Of a stretch of 64,000 bases of DNA, positions 34,500 to 47,431 are shown one piece after another. The stretch is from NCBI RefSeq assembly GCF_036365525.1, contig NC_090387.1, positions 18,197,766-18,261,765 on the forward strand, given 5' to 3'. Within the stretch, counting starts at the first letter, position 1, and every line of letters starts with the position of its first letter. Both the position numbers and the translations under genes were made by a program. The notes beneath the pieces are model-generated. The model ran no database searches and was not told the origin of the DNA. It was given only the letters and a program-made list of their open reading frames with translations. Origin of the DNA: Heterodontus francisci. Its lineage: Eukaryota.

Positions 34500-35700
34500 T
34501 TTTTTCTACCTGACTGTTGAACGCGTGTTTACATATTATACGTTGCGAGATATCAACGCAGCTTGCCTGCACGTACAAGTCGTACACTTGGCCCTGCAGT
34601 CTCTCGCTCATTGGTTCCTCTTTGAAACTGACAACGTGACGACCTGGAGTGAATAAGATGAGGAAAGATTGAGACATCTCTGTTTGTCTGTTTGTCTGTG
34701 TCTGCAGAGGTCGCTCGCCTCTCCTGCCTGGATCTGCAAACGTGATTGGCTGCACGACCCCAGCGGTGAACAGAAATGAAACATTGCCATGGCATTCAAC
34801 TGAATGCAAGTTGCCCCATTTTTAAAAAAAACCAGCCCTGGAAGACCAAACAATGCATAAAAAGCCACAGCCATTGCTACAAATGTGAAATGACAACAGA
34901 ATATTAAGCAGAAATGTACAGCAGGTCAAGTTAGGAAACCCTTCAGCGGGGCTCCCCACTCTGGGAGAAATTATCGTGATTGTGTCTAGATCTTAGAATT
35001 AAAGGAACAAACTTGAACTTGAAACTAATTCTATAATGCCCCATCGATTGCAGTACTCGTTGATTACAGTATTTCAGTGCTCGTGTGGGGTATAAACTCC
35101 GGCACAGACTACTTGTAAATTCTAAGTTTTCACAAATCTCCCTGGATTTCATGTGCAATTTTCCTGCAGTGACTCTCTGCATCAGAAGGTTTGGTGATTG
35201 AAGGAAACCCCATCAAACCTGAGGCTTTATAGCGTGGCTTTATTCCCACTATGGTTTTGTAATTATGATGTGACTGCATTAATCGTGATTACACTGAGAC
35301 CCCGGAGTAACGAACAGTCTTTACCTTTGATGATGGCTGCCCTCTCTCTATCTCCCCACCCTCCCAACTCACCCAAGATTCATTCCCCGCCCCCATTACC
35401 AAGAGCTCAGCAATTCAGTACGCTGAAACCAATCTGGAGGGATGCTGCTGTCGTCTGGTCTATGCTGTTTTGCCGGAATATTGCCGATTATTTGTGATTT
35501 GGAGGAGGGTTAATAGGCTATCTGGTGCTTTGCTTTGCTTTGCCTTTCGTTGAAAAAATAAACCCGCCCCTTTCTGTTGCCAGAAGTCCAGGATTCACCT
35601 TCCCTTCGGGTATTACGAAGGCTGGATTGTCATTGGCGTCGCTTTGATTCCGCAGACTGCCTTATATATATTTCCATATATATATAGGCCCGCAGTGTTA
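34500..35700 (+). promoter_or_regulatory. Probable promoter/enhancer region of the PPP1R3 gene
   Basis: Repeat-free and locally CpG-enriched; inverted CCAAT boxes (ATTGG ~34610, ~34745); several ACGTG cores; TATA-like TATATATA runs at ~35663-35687, ~140-160 nt before the ATG. Confidence 0.45.
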
Positions 35701-35822
35701 TTGCAGGAGCTCTTGCCAGATGCAAAGAAAATGTGGTGGTAGCTGCTTTTACAGTGTTTAGTGCAGTTTCTCCCCCCCAAAAAAACCCAGCCTTTACTGT
35801 CCTGGTGCCCAGTCTCTGGCTC

Positions 35823-36707
35823 ATGGAGAAGACAGCGGTGCAATCGGGCTTGTACATGCCGAGGAACTTCAGCTGCATCGCCGGCCTGTACGGTAGCTTG
35901 GCCGAGGGCTGTGCCTTGGCTGCGGACGGTGCAGGGGAGAGGGAAATGCAGGAGAGCTGTCCCCTCAAGAGCCAGTTGGAGAAGCAGCGCAGCCGAGAGC
36001 CAAGCAGCAGCAAAGCGCCGAGTCCCGGGCAGCGGAGGCGAGCCAAATCCCTGCCGGCTCCCGGGGACCGGGCGCTCACCGCTTTAACCCGGGCCAGGAG
36101 CAAAAAGGTTCGCTTCGCCGACTCGCTGGGCTTGGAGCTGACCACCATCAGGCACTTCTGCGATGCTGACATGCCGCAGATCCCGCACCGGGTGATGGCC
36201 AGGCTGCGGGAGGAGCGGCCCGAGCGCTTGCTGGACAGCACCATGATGGCCATGTTCCTGGACAATCCCACCCACTTCCTGGAGCCCCTGTTCACCAACC
36301 CCTGCGACTCGCCACACTTCCAGCAGCGAGTCTGGCTGGACCGAGTCTGCCTGGAGAGCATCGCCACCGACCAGTTCAGCATCCTGGGAGTCATCAGGGT
36401 CTTAAACATCGCCTACGAGAAGCAGGTGGTGGTCAGGTACACCCTCAACCAGTGGAACTCCTTCATCGACCTGGCTGCTTGCTACACTGCCCACTCTGAG
36501 GGCAGTCAGACAGACACTTTCAGCTTCAAGCTGATCGCTCCCGTCTTCCTGGACGCGGGAGGCACTCTCCAATTCGCCATCCGCTACTTGGTGGCAGGAC
36601 AGGAGTACTGGGACAATAATAAGGGCTCCGACTATCAGGTAAGAAGCCACAAGTTCAAAATCTCCCCACCCAAGGACTGCGAAAACGGCTGGATCCACTT
36701 CATTTGA
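35823..36707 (+). CDS. Protein phosphatase 1 regulatory (glycogen-targeting) subunit, PPP1R3E/PPP1R3D-like, 294 aa, single exon
   Basis: First ATG of ORF 35733-36707 is at 35823. Motifs: PRNFSCIA N-terminus, RAKSLP, PP1-binding KKVRFADSLGLEL (RVxF), CBM21 GVIRVLNIAYEKQV.VRYT...FAIRY..QEYWDNN, and C-terminal GWIHFI shared by PPP1R3D/3E. Confidence 0.92.
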   Translation: MEKTAVQSGLYMPRNFSCIAGLYGSLAEGCALAADGAGEREMQESCPLKSQLEKQRSREPSSSKAPSPGQRRRAKSLPAPGDRALTALTRARSKKVRFADSLGLELTTIRHFCDADMPQIPHRVMARLREERPERLLDSTMMAMFLDNPTHFLEPLFTNPCDSPHFQQRVWLDRVCLESIATDQFSILGVIRVLNIAYEKQVVVRYTLNQWNSFIDLAACYTAHSEGSQTDTFSFKLIAPVFLDAGGTLQFAIRYLVAGQEYWDNNKGSDYQVRSHKFKISPPKDCENGWIHFI

Positions 36708-39039
36708 AAGGGGGAAAGGCGACTATCTCCACCAGAATATGTGTCACACAGACCCAGCATGTCCTTCATGTCTACATTACAACAACAAATAAACAAAAAT
36801 GCGAGGTTCTATTTTTTTCCTGTTTGAAGCTATTAAACTGTGGTATCACTTTTAAGAAGGGACATTTTCGTTAATTCAAAAAAAATTCTATATTTGTGTT
36901 TTAAGGAATGTTGGTCACAGTTATTTTTAAGCCAGAAGTTGACTTGAGTTTTAGTTTTGAGAAGGGTTGCCTAATATTTATGTTTATATGTTTAAGCTTT
37001 GCATCGATACCAATGAGTTAAGAGAAACCTATGCAAACAGAGGAGTAATATCAGATCAGATCCAATACACAGCCATAGATTGGAGATAGAGGTAGCTTCT
37101 GTTTCAGAAGCCATCTTAGACTTGGGTAATTTTTAAAACCTTTTTAATGCACTTTGCGGTTCCATAGTGGCACTTTCTATTGACTGCATTATGCAGAGAC
37201 CAATGTAGCTCATTCTTAAGGCTTAATAAAGGAGTCATACTATCTTTAGAAAAAATGTGTCTTAGTAAACTGTTTCTTCACCTCTGCAAGCATGCTGTAT
37301 GTCACGACAAAGCATATCATGGTGCCACTTGTTTCTGCTGTCTTTGAGACAAATAATGCAGACTTCCTTTGACTCTTAGCCCTTCCCAAACAAGATTACA
37401 GTGGCAGGCAGTATTCAAGAGAGGTGACCTTTCAGTATTGAGAAGGGTGCTGACAATATAAATCAAGGCAAGTTGCTTATCGCGGCCTTTAGAATATTAA
37501 GAAAAAAGGAAGTGGAGTCAAACAGAGATGTATTTTTTAGATAGTGTTTCTAAAAATGTTATTATAAAGGATGTATCCGAACTAAATTAAACTGTCTAGG
37601 GAGAAGCTTTAAAGTATTGCAATGCTGTGGGGGAGGGGAAGAGGACAGAAAACATGATGCTGTGTGTATCTTTTGACTGAAAGATATTTACTCTATGACT
37701 ATGTTTAATTCATTCTCTACTGTAATGTATAAACTTTCCTTTCAAGCCCTTATTTAAATCATAAAGTAAGGGAAGACTTTAAAGAGGGTTTGTTGATATT
37801 TAACACCAGAAGTAACCTCTTATTGCAGCAGATGCTATATCTGTTATAAGTTTTTGGTTTTGAAACAGTTGTCCTGACTCTCAAAATTGTCTTTGCGTTA
37901 CAACTTCCATATGGTGTTAGGTCACTGTGATTCACACCAAGTTTATTGCCTGGGGTTTGATGAATCTTGTGAAAAATGCCCTACACATTTTAATTTTAGT
38001 CCGTATTTTGTGTATAAATGTACTCAGCATTGTTTATACTTTTTCCATAATTTGAATCAAACGTTTGTGTGAGGGAATGATATCACAGCAGAAATAACCA
38101 TTATATATACATATATAAAAATCCTGCAATAAGGCCTCCTGGATTTGTTCCATCTTGCTGAGTAATCTCTGACCTATATGCCAATCGTGAATATGGTGGT
38201 GTTTAGCAAGATGATAGTGTGGTGACAGAGCCCCTTTAAATGCCCTCTATTTTTTGTCAATGTAATATACCTTTTAAAATGAAAGCAATATTCATATGTG
38301 GTTGAGTGGCAAGACCAAGTAAATTTATTCTTAGTTTGCTTTCAGCGGTGTTCTTAGTTGGTTGCTCGGAGATATGGAAAAGATACTCAATGTCGACCCC
38401 AAGTTGGGTTAGTCTTACCCCATTTCCCCCTCTCCCACCTCCTTATCCACATGGCAAAGTTCCACTCAAAGTTTCCCACCTGGTTACATAAAGTTTATTT
38501 TTGTAAACAACATATAAATCACAAGGACTTTAAATGTGAAACGTCAGGCTCACAACCATGTTTAACACGGTGGTGAAAGTATTACCTAACTGGAGGAAGA
38601 TAACAAATTATTTTTAAAAGACAATGAATCTTGGAAATTTTGGAATAAATACACAGGTTGTAGGTCAGAAGCCTGAAATAAGAAGATGGTCAATGTTTTA
38701 GCTTCTGACTAAGCCCAGTCTAAAATATTGATATATAATTCTCTTTCAGATGCTGACTGGCTCCTAAGTATTGCTAGATCTTTACCTTTTTTTTTACATG
38801 TAATGTAACTTGTAATTGAAATAGATGTTGACTTACTTTAACTGCTACACAAAATAAATTTATAAGGATAAGACGTTTTTCGAATATGATAATTTACTTT
38901 TATACAATCTACAGTGACACAGGGAGAAAATCAGATTGAAATTTTCTTTTAAAAGAAAACGGAATCATTTCGTCCTCACTCCATACACAATTTCTTTTTT
39001 GATTGAACACTGTTGCATTAGTATCTCGAATGCAACTAA

Positions 39040-39470
39040 ACTGAGGCACTTCAGTTATGTGCAGAAGCTAGAGAAGCTGGGATTGTTCTCCTTGGAGCAG
39101 AGAGGGTTGAGGGGATGTAACAGAGGTGTTGGAAATTAGGGGTTTTGATAGAATAAATAGGGAGAAACTGTTTCCACTGACAGGGGGTTTGGTCATCAGA
39201 AGACATCAATTTAAGGTAATTGGCAAAAGCACCAAACTCAGCAAGATGAGAATTTTTTTATACAGCGAGTTATTATGATCTGGAATACACTGCCTGAAAG
39301 GGTGGCAGGAGCAGGTTCAATAGTAGCTTTCAAAAGTGAATTGGATATATACTTGAAGGGGAAAAAATTCAGGGCTATGGGGAAAGAATAGGGGTTTGGA
39401 CTAAGAGCCGGCACAGACATGATGGGCTGAATGGCCTCTTTCTGTGCTGTATAATCCCCTGATTCTATGT
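39040..39470 (+). mobile_element. CR1 3' end
   Basis: LRHFSYVQKLEKLGLFSLEQR and tail GGGCTGAATGGCCTCTTTCTGTGCTGTA. Confidence 0.8.
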
Positions 39471-40034
39471 TTTATATATATATATAAAAAAAATATTGAT
39501 TTTACAGTAACTGATTTCAAGGATATGACTTGAAATCTATAGATGGTGTCAGCAGTGAACAACTGGCCCATTTCATATGCTTCCAACAAAAAATGACAGT
39601 TGGCCTAAAACATATTTGGTTATACTGGAATACTCCTAACCCTGTACAGCTCCTGAAGCTGGTTTGTGAAAGGGTGTTAACTTGTGCTGTGAAAGTGATA
39701 TTCAAATTGCTTGTCTGAAGCCTGAACACAAATTAAGGTTAGAAGGGTTTTTCTTTTGCAGAGGATGAGCAAACTTAATTTACTGGTGTGCCACTTTGTG
39801 GTATTAACCTGCTGAGTAATGTTGCTAAAAATTATTTTGAAACCAGCTAGAGTTTTGGGAACTACCCCATCTGGTTCACAGTTTTTTGTTGCGAGAGGAA
39901 ATGTGCAAATGCATTGACACTGCCACCTTCATCACACCCCTAGGAAAAATGTCTACTATAGATTGCATCCAATCAAAAATTGTTTTTGTTTGTTTGAAGT
40001 GTGGCCTATGTTTGTGAATTTTGTACGTCAGTAG

Positions 40035-40468
40035 TGGTTAAGTTGGTAGTGTTCTTGCCTCTGAGTCATAAGATTGTGGGTTCAAGCCTTACTCCAGAAC
40101 TTGAGTGTTAAAGACAAGGCTCAGGCTCCAGTGCAGTACTGAGGGAGTGCTGCATTGTCGGAGGTCTTGTCTTTTGGATGAAACATTAAACCGAGGCCCT
40201 GACTGCCCTCTGAGGTGGATGTAAAAGATCCCATGGCACTAATTTGAAGGAGAGCAGCACACCCCTGGTGTCCTCACCAATGTTTATCCCTCAATCAATA
40301 TCACACAAATGCATTATCTGGTTATCATCACAGTGCTGTTTGTGGGAGCTTGCGGTGTGCAAATTGGCTACAGTGTTTCAAACATTACAACAGTACTTTA
40401 TTGGCTGTAAGGCACTTTGAGATGTCTGGTGGTTGTGATAAGCGCTATATAAATGCAAGTCTTTCTTT
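40035..40468 (+). mobile_element. Deu-domain SINE (SacSINE1-like), full length
   Basis: tRNA head with GGTTCAAGCC, Deu core CAGTGCAGTACTGAGGGAGTGCTGCATTGTCGGAGG...AAACCGAGGCCC, tail GCGCTATATAAATGCAAGTC. Confidence 0.88.
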
Positions 40469-41851
40469 TTGATATAGTGCTGTTGGATGTTCTGTAGAAA
40501 TCATTTTGACCTTAAGCTTTACATGAAAAATTATTTGCCTAAAGCACTGTATATGTTGTCAAACTTTCTGTCCACTGTTGCAATGTTTGAAGAAGAGAAG
40601 GGAGAGAAGGTGGTGAGTCCATAGCCTGTGCATTATCTAGCACTTGCTATGTTCAAATGATCAACACAGATATTTTCAATCCCATCATATCTTGGCTTTA
40701 GCTAGATAATAGTGCAACAGTGATGGCATGGAAATGTTGACCATTTCTGGACCTGGTGAATTTGGTTTCTACCTGGATTAAAGGCAACTGTGGGACAAAA
40801 CTCTCAGCTGTCAAAATCCAATTCTTCTTCGCCCCTTGTTGTTCTCTCCCCTCAACCACAGACTGTAGTTGGACATCAGTTAGCATAATGGAGAAATCTA
40901 TGTTGATCATCATAGCCTCATAAGTAACATTAGCAATTGTGATGTACCTACAGGGGCACACTATAGCACCAAATTTTAAATCTATAATTCCTATTCTTTA
41001 GAAAAGCACTATTTTAGTGCACCACTAACACCTCATCTAGTTTAACCAGTGAATAGCTAAGTCATACAGATCAGGAAAATCCCAGGCTTGATTTGCAGTC
41101 TGTACTAAATTATGTCAGTCAGGGAAATAGTACAAGTGATAAAATTGGCCTCAATGCCAGGGATAGGGAGGTTAAAATTACACTTGATGATTATAATGCT
41201 TTAAGTGGGCATGGATGTTTGAGGACAAAATCAAACTTGGTTTTGGCGCCATCCACAGTCAAATAGTCTTTTAGTGCACAGTGCCCTTGTACTTGAAAAA
41301 ACATTAGTTGAGGAAATACCCTCAGTGGATGGCATTTGCTATGGAAGTGTACCCCAGCTTTAATCAACACCTTTTGCAAGAGGAGAAATTGGAAGGACAA
41401 AGCAAATCTCCTAAGTTTTAAGTCAAAAATTCCATGCAGTATTGTAATACATTTGTAAACCTGTCATTCTGTTAGCTTTAGAACATAAGCTTTATACATA
41501 TTTTCTACTAATTTCAAGATCGCCTGCTTTGAGCAACTTATTCATTCTGAGTAACTGTGGCATACAGTGCCATTTTTACGAACGCTTTGGAATGAGGAAA
41601 GATGTTTCTAGGACTTTAATTCTCATTCACCTGGATAACAACCTCGACACACTTTGTAATTTTTCTGTGAGACATGCCAAGGTGCTATATAAATTAAAGT
41701 TCTTTATTCATAATTGGAATGTTGTGTGGTCAGGTTAGCGAAGCAATTGTTTTGATGGATAACTGATACAGCATTCCCTCACACAAAATAAGCTAGCAAC
41801 CAGTGTAATGTACAAAGATAGTCTGTTTTGAGATTGTTCCCCTTCCAAGTG

Positions 41852-42292
41852 TCAGTCATGGTTCAGTTGGTAGCATCTTTGCCTCTGAGTCACAAGTTTG
41901 TGGGTTCAAGTCCCACTCTAGAGACTTGAGCACAAAAATCTGGCACTCCGGTACCATAGCAAGTAAGTGCTGCACTGTTACAGGTGCCATTTTCTGGACA
42001 AGACACTAAACCAAGACTCTGTCTGCTTTAGAAATGGACTTGAGATCCCATGACACTGTTTTGAAGAAGAGCAGAGAGTTATCCCCTGTGTCTATCCATC
42101 AATCAACATAAGAAAAACAAAAAAGCAGATTATCTGCTCATTGTCACTTTGCTGTTTGTGGGATCTTGCTGTGTGCAGTTGGCTGCTGCATTTCCTACAT
42201 TGCAACAGTGACTACACTTCAAAACGTCTTTCATTGTCTTTTGGGACATCCTGAGGTTGTGAAAGGCGCTATGTAAATGCGAATCTTTTCAT
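41852..42292 (+). mobile_element. Deu-domain SINE (SacSINE1-like), full length
   Basis: Same head, core and tail order as the 40035 copy, more diverged. Confidence 0.85.
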
Positions 42293-43074
42293 TTTCTTTA
42301 GAGTTAACTGGGATTTCTTTGCTATTGTGCCATTGAAACATATAACTAATGCCCAACAACGTTTGAAATAGTTAATCAAAGTTTTTCTAGTAGATGGTTG
42401 TTAAATGCAGCACACACTTTCGAACCCAGGAAGGTCCATACTGAATCATGGTTCCATTTGGTGCAGTAGGAGGGATAATCCAAATGGCCTTTGGTCCCAT
42501 GAGCGAAGGAATGGGAAAAGAAATCAATCGAGGTTTTCAATTCTGATTATTTTTCAATTACTTCTGATGCAAAGTATGCTTTTGAGGGTCCGAATATGAG
42601 TTGGCACCTTCAGGGGAGAAGTGGAGAATGAATCGGTGTATGTATCGTGCTATTTCAGTACATAATCTGTGAGAATAGGAACTCATTGCTTTGACTGGTC
42701 TCAATAGGGTCATCTAGAATTTCTCCCCCACCACCTCCCCCTCACATTTCAAAATTATATGTTGCGGTATAAGTGGTGGAAAATAGGAAAATATACCCAA
42801 AAGTAATACGAAAAGAGAATGCTGGTTAGTATATAGTAATGATGAAGTCGTGTTGACATGCCCATCATTCCTATTTATGCTGGTACTGGAGGAAACTTTC
42901 CCTAATGTCACCTCAAGGTTGTTGTAGACAAGATGTCAGCTGCTCCAAAGCAGAAAACAAGATAACAAAAGGCAACAAGGTGACTAAATATAGTGATAGC
43001 TCTTATCCAAGATTATTTTGGGCCAGTGCAGGGGAATGTACTTGAGGATCACACCGCTTCCTACAACTTTTGCA

Positions 43075-43315
43075 GATTTTTTTATTCGTTCGGGGGATGT
43101 GGGTGTCGCTGGCTAGTCCAGCATTTATTACCCATCTCTAATTGCCTTTGAGAAGGTGGTGGTGAGCTGCCGTCTTGAACTGCTGCAGTCCTTGGGGTGT
43201 AGGTACACTCACAGCGCTGTTAGGAAGGGAGTTCCAGGATATTGACCCAGTGACAGTGAAGGAACAGCAATATAGTTCCAAGTCAGGATGGTGTGTGGCT
43301 TAGAAAGGAACTTGA
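43075..43315 (-). mobile_element. 3' end of the tRNA-headed LINE family
   Basis: Reverse complement of ~26880-27060 / 52915-53095, with A-tail. Confidence 0.85.
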
Positions 43316-45004
43316 AAGAGTGCATGACTGTCCAATATAAAAGAGACTGGAGATAAAAGTACAATTAGAAAATGTACATGATCTTATCCATTTCTGAAAT
43401 TTGCTTCTCTCCTTAACTTTAGGAATTTAAAATGTGACGTGTTGTGACTTAATGTGATACATGTCTGTATTTTTACATGTATGTAAAGAATTAAAAATTT
43501 TTATGAATGGATCGTGCTAAATCGACGTGTGCTATTTGACATTTATGTGTAGTATTGAATACAGAATATCTGTCTTTCTTGCCTTTGACATTCAGTATCC
43601 ATTATAAAGTCTGTCTAACAAAATCCATTATTTATTGTCTGTATGCTGCTTTAATTTCTGAATTGACTGTTCATCCAACATCAACCTTCAGTTTCTTCCC
43701 CACCGTTTCACTACAGAGTTGATATTTATGTGTTTGAATTTTGATGAAAGAAGGCATATGGATTTTTATTATTAATATAGAGTGAAATGAGGTGTCATAC
43801 TGCAATGGTAATACTGTGTAACCAGTAATCCTAACCTAGGCTTTTTTATGACTGGGGATGTCTACTTAATGTGGGGTATGCTGCTTGGTGAAAAAGTACT
43901 GAAGAATTATAAATGCCAAGAAAACTAAAAGTCAGTCATTCACAGACTCATTTATGTTTGATATCAAGTACTGGATCCTCAGGGAGACTTATCAGAAAAG
44001 CAACCTCCAGGAGGGTTTCCAGGAAAGGGCTCGGCCTGCACTGTTTTTCTTTTCTTGACCAATTTTCATAAGCAATTGTATTTTAAATGCACCAATATTA
44101 CAAATATTTTCATTGATATTGCTTATGGAATTTTACTCTCTCTCTATTGAAGATAATTTCCCTGGCAGTTTCTCTCTATCGTGCAATCTGATCTTAAGTT
44201 CGAAGATGTTTTTAAAGAATTCTTAGCTTTTGAGTTTCGAACTTGACCTTTATCTGTGCAACAGTACATTGGTGAACTATGCAATATTAAATATTAATAG
44301 CTGTCGGTTCTATCAAATCTGCCAAAATATTTTAAAGGAATATAGAAAAGCTCCCAGGGTCTCCATACAACCTCTTTTTAAGCTCACGTAGTACATGTTT
44401 GACCTGCGTCTGACCCAGGCAACAACTATTTTTGTGTCCATATGTCTGCATGCTGTTCCATTTCATGGAATGAAAACTCCTGACCTAAATGTGTTATAAA
44501 ATGCTACAAAATAATTGTTTGTCGTCTTGTGTCAATTTGAAGGGAATAGTTTCTGGAATTGCCATTTTTAAAGGTTTGTGCTACATTGTACTGCTGGGTG
44601 ACATTTATAATCATGGCAATGTTACAATGTTCAAACAGTTTTGTGGTCAAATGTTCTGTACTTATACAGTAAATCTTGGCTAACAATTAAATCTTATGTA
44701 ATGGTCACTTACCCATAAGTTCTATTGCTTTATTGGAGGGGGAGATTGCAGGAGCCAAACTTGTCCAGTGACCAATCAATTCTAAACCTGCTGTATACAG
44801 AATGGTACTACTGTATTTTCTATTTGTTAACCTTTCATTGTGAAAATATTGCTTTATATTTTTGTACTTGATGTCAATAAAATATACTGTACGACAATTC
44901 TAGCTGTGAGCATTTTCTTCGATAATGAATGTTTCCTTGATTGAACAATCATCTGACTTAAGGAACTGCAGACTATATGTTCTTAGTTTGCAGTCCTAGA
45001 AACT

Positions 45005-45325
45005 CATTTATTTATTTAGAGATACAGCACTGAAACAGGTCCTTCAGCCCACTGAGTCTGTACCAACCATCAACCACCCATTTATACTAATTCTACATTA
45101 ATCCCATATTCCTACCACATCCCCACCTTCCCCTACCACCTACCTATACTAGGGGCAATTTATAATGGCCAATTTACTGATCAACCTGCAGGTCTTTGGC
45201 TGTGGGAGGAAACCAGAGCACCCGGCGAAAACCCACACGGTCACAGGGAGAACTTGCAAACTCTGCACAGGCAGTACCCAGGTCGCTGGAGCTGTGATGC
45301 TAACCACTGCACCACTGTGCCACCC
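45005..45325 (-). mobile_element. V-SINE (HE1-like)
   Basis: Same family as 9112-9438, with a small deletion in the head. Confidence 0.9.
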
Positions 45326-45394
45326 TGTTCTGTTCTGTTAGTTCTGTTCCAGTTGGTACGCATCCAAAAGAAAATATTTACATTCTTCTCGGAA

Positions 45395-45722
45395 GGTTTG
45401 AGAAATCCCTGGTCTGTGTTGAGTTAGCTGATCTCATCCAAGGTGAGGGCAATACAATAGAAGGGAAATAGTTAGCTAGGTTCCTGTTGTCAGCAACTCC
45501 TGATGATGTAATTGAACATCTTGGCAGAATAGGATCAATCTTTGCTTTGATTCACCCCCACCAACTCCCACCGTCTTCCCTTTCGTGGCTCAATAACCTG
45601 TTGACTCACTATCTGGCCTTCTCTATGAAGAGCGGCCATTTGAGTGACTTGCTGGAGGCCAATGAACTGGACCCCCAACGAGACTTCTCACATTCAGGAA
45701 AGGAAAGGGGAAAATTGGGGTG
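45395..45722 (+). mobile_element. AmnSINE2/MamSINE1-like ancient SINE
   Basis: ATCCCTGGTCTGTGTTGAGTTAGCTGATCTCA...ATGAAGAGCGGCCATTTG...TTCAGGAAAGGAAAGGGGAAAATTGG matches the AmnSINE2 consensus as recalled; related pieces at ~7085-7240(-), 21250-21350(-), 23170-23405(-), 41055-41175(+) and 62040-62135(+). Confidence 0.55.
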
Positions 45723-47114
45723 GAAGAAACAAAACGTATTAGTTTAGTGGGAAATGTTGCTTGTATATGAAATGCATCTAACTATTCAGTACATTATATG
45801 AATTGTAAAATAGATGAACATTAAATCCCACACAATATGTAAGAAACATTGTCTTGGAAATTTTAATATGTTATCTACATTAACTAGAGTATCTGGTATT
45901 CTCACAATGGGCTAAATGGCCTCCTTCTGTGCTGTAAAACTTCCTATGTTTCTTAAAGTGCCCACTTTCCATCTAGCCTTGGCATACATCATTCATCAGT
46001 AAGATTGTATATACTGCCTAAATTGCTTAAAATGCTTTCCACTGCCCCCCTTAACCCAATCAGCAAGACATCAAAGACCGAAGTGGACACAAATATTTAA
46101 CGATGGTTGCAATGAATACAGTAAGTGCCAATGAAAGGTTGAATATTGGTGATTACGGAGTAGGTACGTTAACTCCTAACCATCCGCTGCATCTAAATCA
46201 TGAGCATAATAGTAACTTATTTATAAATATTGCAATATTTCCATATAAGTTGCCTTTCACTTAGAATAACAGAGTTATGTTCGACAGCCAAGCTTGTATC
46301 ACAGTCTTAGTTTGTTCCAAGTCTTTTTTCATGCATCATTGGCAGGCTTCCAGCATTCAGGCTGTGAATATATAAATCAAAAAACCTCTCCTTGAGTACC
46401 AGCTGTCTGTGGTGATGGACAATGCTGCTGTTAAGTGTGTTATGGTGAATCATCATTGTCTGTCTTCATCTTTCTTCCTAGTTTAGTTCGCTTGGCATGC
46501 CCTGTAAATTTGTCAACTGCCATGTTTTGTTTTAGTGCTTAGAGATTTCTGCTATTGAATTTCAAAGACGCTTCAGCTCCTTCAAAAACTTATTACATTT
46601 TCCAAAACTTCTGTTTAGGAGAACTGGGTCTGACTCTTAATACTTTAAACTACCAAAAGAGAAGCTCATCTCAAGTGATCTAAACAATCAAAGGGCAGTT
46701 TGGTTGCAGAGATCCCTGACTAAAGGTGACACTTAAGTGCTTAGACATATCTTAGAATGTTGTAACTGTTAGCACGTGTAAGCTTCCACAAGATAGCATG
46801 CTGTACTGATAAGAGTTGAGGTGTATTACACAATTCTTTCGGTCACAAGACTGCCTGGTTCCTGGTTCTTTGAGGCTGCTTGATCCAAGGAAGATAAACT
46901 CTTCCATTTTTGGTCAACAGCATCTGTGACTGTATTTAGTGAATTGCCATTTCGGCTGGACATTGAAATCATGTAAGGGAATTAATTCCTTCAGCTAGGC
47001 TACAACTCTCACGTGTATCTACACTCTGTGTCATACCAGTGGATCTTAATATTGAAGTTGGGTTTTATTCCCTCAGATCACAGTGCAGTGCTACAGAGTA
47101 CAAATCAGATTTCA

Positions 47115-47360
47115 TATCAAAACTTTTTACGTAGCGTCTGGTTATGATCTGGAATGCATTGCCTGAGAGTGTGTGGTGGAAGCAGATTCAATCGTGGCTT
47201 TCAAAAGAGATGTGGATAATTATCTGAAAAGAAAGAAAAATGCAGGGCTATGGGGAAAAGGCAGGGGAATGGGATGAGGTGAGTTGCTCTTACAGAGAGC
47301 TGGCATGGATTCGATGGGCCAAATGGCGTCGTGCTGTAACCATTCTGTGATTCTACGATT
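47115..47360 (+). mobile_element. CR1 3' end
   Basis: IWNALPE..VEADSIVAFKRD.DNYL remnants and CR1 tail. Confidence 0.8.
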
Positions 47361-47431
47361 TGATCATTTTTTAAAGTTATTTTAAGATGATTTTGTTTCT
47401 AATAGTCCTGTTAGTATATTTGGGTGCATTG

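Noticed and set aside
35733-35822. 30-codon N-terminal extension of the PPP1R3 ORF in the ORF track
   Set aside because: Starts at GTG; the first ATG in good context is 35823 and family similarity begins after it.
35630-36409. 259-aa antisense ORF over the PPP1R3 gene
   Set aside because: Antisense shadow of a GC3-rich CDS; no domain features.
43409-43440. U12-type branch point TCCTTAAC
   Set aside because: Only a few nt from the AG, too close for a minor-spliceosome 3' site, and no matching U12 donor was noticed.
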